Origin: a bacterium
GTDB taxonomy: Bacteria; SAR324; NAC60-12
DNA length: 12,627 nucleotides
Direction: 5' to 3'
Assembly (NCBI GenBank): GCA_965233585.1
Contig: CBDDTI010000491.1
Span: forward strand, 1 to 12,627
The position numbers were made by a program, and so were the translations under genes. Positions 10,161 through 12,627 of this stretch are shown here, piece after piece. Positions within the stretch are counted from its first letter, which is position 1, and each line of letters opens with the position of its first letter. The notes beneath the pieces were generated by a model, which did no database searches, had not been told where the DNA came from, and saw only the letters and a list, made by a program, of their open reading frames with translations.

Positions 10161-10637
10161 TTATTATATCTCTTAGTTAGTACGCGCGCTGTGATTGGTC
10201 AATTTAGCGGGCCGTACTCTCCTGTACGGCCCGCTAAAATTTAAAGTTGATTCTGTTGCAAAACTGTTTTGTGATTTATCGCCAACTGTTCGTAACTTTC
10301 ATAGCAAGTAAGAATTTAAAACTTTTTTTTACTCTAAATTATGTATTAAAGCGTGCTAACGACTTAAAAACGATTTCAAATTGAATCGTTTTGCTTTTGA
10401 GGTGCGTCAGAAATTTGAAGCCGTTTCGCGTGAATAAGAATCGTTCCTGAACCCCTCAGACACACAGTAGAGATATAATAACCTCGTTTTCTCGGTCCGT
10501 ACTGTAAGTTACGGATCCTCGTTTTTTCCCCTTCGATTTATGGCCCGCGCGCTTCGCGCTTGGGCCATAAATCGAGGAGGAAAAAACTCGGTCCGTAACT
10601 TACGGTACGGCTCTCGAACTCGGTTAGTAAGAGGTAT
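10161..10637 (+). mobile_element. Non-autonomous 'IR + terminal hairpin' element (Crypton-type)
   Basis: 13-bp IR 10161-10173/10469-10481; TGATTGG at 10192; internal hairpin TTTAGCGGGCCGTAC/GTACGGCCCGCTAAA; long hairpin ~10497-10610; end CTCGGTTAGTAAGAGGT shared with 4090-4106. Confidence 0.78.
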
Positions 10638-10742
10638 AAAGAATACATGAAGAAGGGAGTTTTTTTAAAAAATAATATAGCTCGTCTCTATTAAGATGTT
10701 TTTCCCAATTGTTTTCTCTTTTGTCCAACATATTTGACGCAG

Positions 10743-10865
10743 ATCCAAGCAAACGTAATCTTTGTCATCCCAACCCTTGTCAGAATGGAGGTACATGCAG
10801 GATAGTAGGGACTAACACCCGTGAATGCAGCTGTCCCGAGCAGTATGGTGGAAAATACTGCGAAC
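10743..10865 (+). CDS. EGF-like domain exon ((D)PSKRNLCHPNPCQNGGTCRIVGTNTRECSCPEQYGGKYCE)
   Basis: Acceptor gacgCAG at 10742, donor GTAAGT at 10866, 123 bp phase 1-1; lies inside supplied ORF 10709-10900. Confidence 0.93.
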
Positions 10866-11271
10866 GTAAGTATTCCGGTAACTTAAAGTTTAATATCTAG
10901 TTTGTACGCAAGTAGCTTGAAGGTAATCAGAAAGGATGCTTTGATAAAGACACGATTTGTCAGGTTAACTGAAGGCTCGTTAGTTTGTCTGTGCTATAGC
11001 TACGTTAAGTGCTGCCAGAAAAACACCGGAGATACCAAGACTCAACACTTTTAAAATGAAGTACTATCATGTCAGGGTAAAACGGCCGGCTGAGTCAGTT
11101 CATGAATTTTATCACCAATTTACTGACTTATGTTTACGGAAAGGAATCCATGTGAGACCCTCTCCTTGAAAAAATCGAAAATACAGCAATCAAAATGGGT
11201 TTCGCTTTATCGTAGTTTTGTTTGTTATATTAGGTCAAAGATATTTAAAATTTGTATCTCTACTAGTGAAT

Positions 11272-11399
11272 TAGACTTTCAGAAAAGTCCTTCGTCTTAC
11301 GGCCGCTTCGCGGCCTAACATATTCCACCCCGAACATATTCTACCCCGAATTTCATGAAGTCGACTTGAAATTCATGAGGTCGACTTGTGGCAAGTCTA
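11272..11399. mobile_element. 128-bp AcademH-like mini element
   Basis: Termini TAGACTT/AAGTCTA; 9-bp TSD CTAGTGAAT at 11263-11271 and 11400-11408; internal short tandem duplications. Confidence 0.6.
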
Positions 11400-11465
11400 C
11401 TAGTGAATGATCACTTTGATCACTGTGCTATTGAACAGATTGAGCAATTTCGATGATTAAAAATG

Positions 11466-12400
11466 TTTATAACCCACCCATTAATTTTCGAGTGATTTTA
11501 TTGGCTACTTTACGTCACGTGATGTAAATCGCCGGACAGTTATCACGCAATAACCCCCGCCCGCGTCGATATTTGTCCTTGGATTGTTTCCGTCGAGGAG
11601 AAACATAGTAAGCGTAAGAATTTTAACTTTTCTTTTCTCTTATTTAACATGGAAGGAAACCAAACTAATGTTATTGAGTCTAGCGATAGTGACATTAAAC
11701 AGCTGATGGCAAGTGCTGTTCCGTAAAGAACAAAAAAGTCACCAAAATATGCTGTCAATGTCTTTGAAGGTGAAGAAAGTCACGAGTAGATCAAATTTAG
11801 TCCTACGCAAATTTAAACCGAGTCATTTTATAAAATAGAGATCTAATACACTGTGATTACTAACTATAAAATAGACCAACCGTTCACGTCCAACTTTAGC
11901 GTGGAATAAGGAGAGAAAAATTCCAGTCGCACTTGAAAACATGCAGCCGGCAGAACGCAGAAGCCAGAAAAGTCAGTGGAAGGAAAACCATACAGTCGCA
12001 ACACTGTGAAAGCCAATTCGTTCCGGGCTGGACAGACTTTTTGATGGTTCCCTTCGAAGTGAGCCGTTTTCCATTATTCGGGATAAGTATTCAAGCGGGC
12101 AAATGAAGCTCTAGATGAATCACTACAAAGTGAAAGATCTTGCGCGACATGGATTGATTTCTTTCACAAAGCACAAGCGTCCAGTTTCCAGCGAAGACCT
12201 TGAAGTCCTCTATGTAGAAAATCAGCTTGGTCTGAATGCTCCAGATAGTTTTCGTCATAGTTTAACACCATTCTCTACTTCGGAAAGAGAGGCCGTGAAA
12301 ACCAACGCCAGATGAAACCCGGTAACCTTCAGCTCAAAACAACAACAAGCCGGCTGAAGTACTTCATATCAAGCGAGAGAGCGATGAAAAATCAGTCCAC
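11466..12400 (+). mobile_element. Decayed, formerly autonomous Crypton-type element (3' end not defined)
   Basis: TTATTGG at 11498-11504 near the presumed 5' end, followed by an intron-containing recombinase relic. Confidence 0.65.
11649..12395 (+). pseudogene. Crypton/DUF3504-family tyrosine recombinase pseudogene
   Basis: Exon 11649-11769 (IKQLMASAVP*RTKKSPKYAVNVFE), intron 11770-11899, then AEARK, EGKPYSRNTVKA, IRSGLDR, EPFSIIRDK, KHKRPVSSEDL, *FNTILYFGKRGRENQRQMKP (12258-12320, catalytic Arg box) and ERAMKNQ (Lys box); several stops and frameshifts. Confidence 0.82.
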
Positions 12401-12627
12401 CTTCGAGTGCTTCATATTCTACACATTCTGTGTTTCACGGATGTAAATTCTGAGACTAAAACACATTTCTTTCTAGTCAAGTTTTTGAACAGTCTGTCGG
12501 AACATATGAACCAAAAGCGCCAAGTTTTCGAGTTTTTGATCCAAGGGGCGTTACGAGAATTAATTTCACATGACAGCTTGTCAGATTTGGTCCAATCACA
12601 GTAGAAATAAAGTTAGTTAAACAATCA

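Noticed and set aside
12407..12604. ORF as continuation of the recombinase
   Set aside because: Resemblance is only weak and no recognisable H-x-x-R or catalytic Tyr motif is present.

Overview
Eukaryotic, AT-rich genomic DNA, most likely from a scleractinian coral or related anthozoan (inferred from the repeat families, not proven). The + strand carries six internal exons of one multi-EGF extracellular protein gene: 1-52 (partial), 1525-1641, 3238-3375, 9331-9456, 9964-10086 and 10743-10865. All are phase-1 GT-AG exons that splice into one open frame, and one encodes a non-EGF six-cysteine module. The introns are packed with partly nested mobile elements: a P-like MITE with a 7-bp TSD, two Kolobok-like MITEs, and two AcademH-like elements with 9-bp TSDs (one holding a RecQ helicase relic). 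There is also a Penelope-type hammerhead palindrome and a tRNA-containing inverted/tandem retro-insertion with the same geometry. About seven elements or fragments share an 'inverted repeat + long terminal hairpin' design, and two of them retain Crypton-type tyrosine recombinase relics. Most supplied ORFs are artefacts of these repeats. No prokaryotic system or CRISPR array is present.
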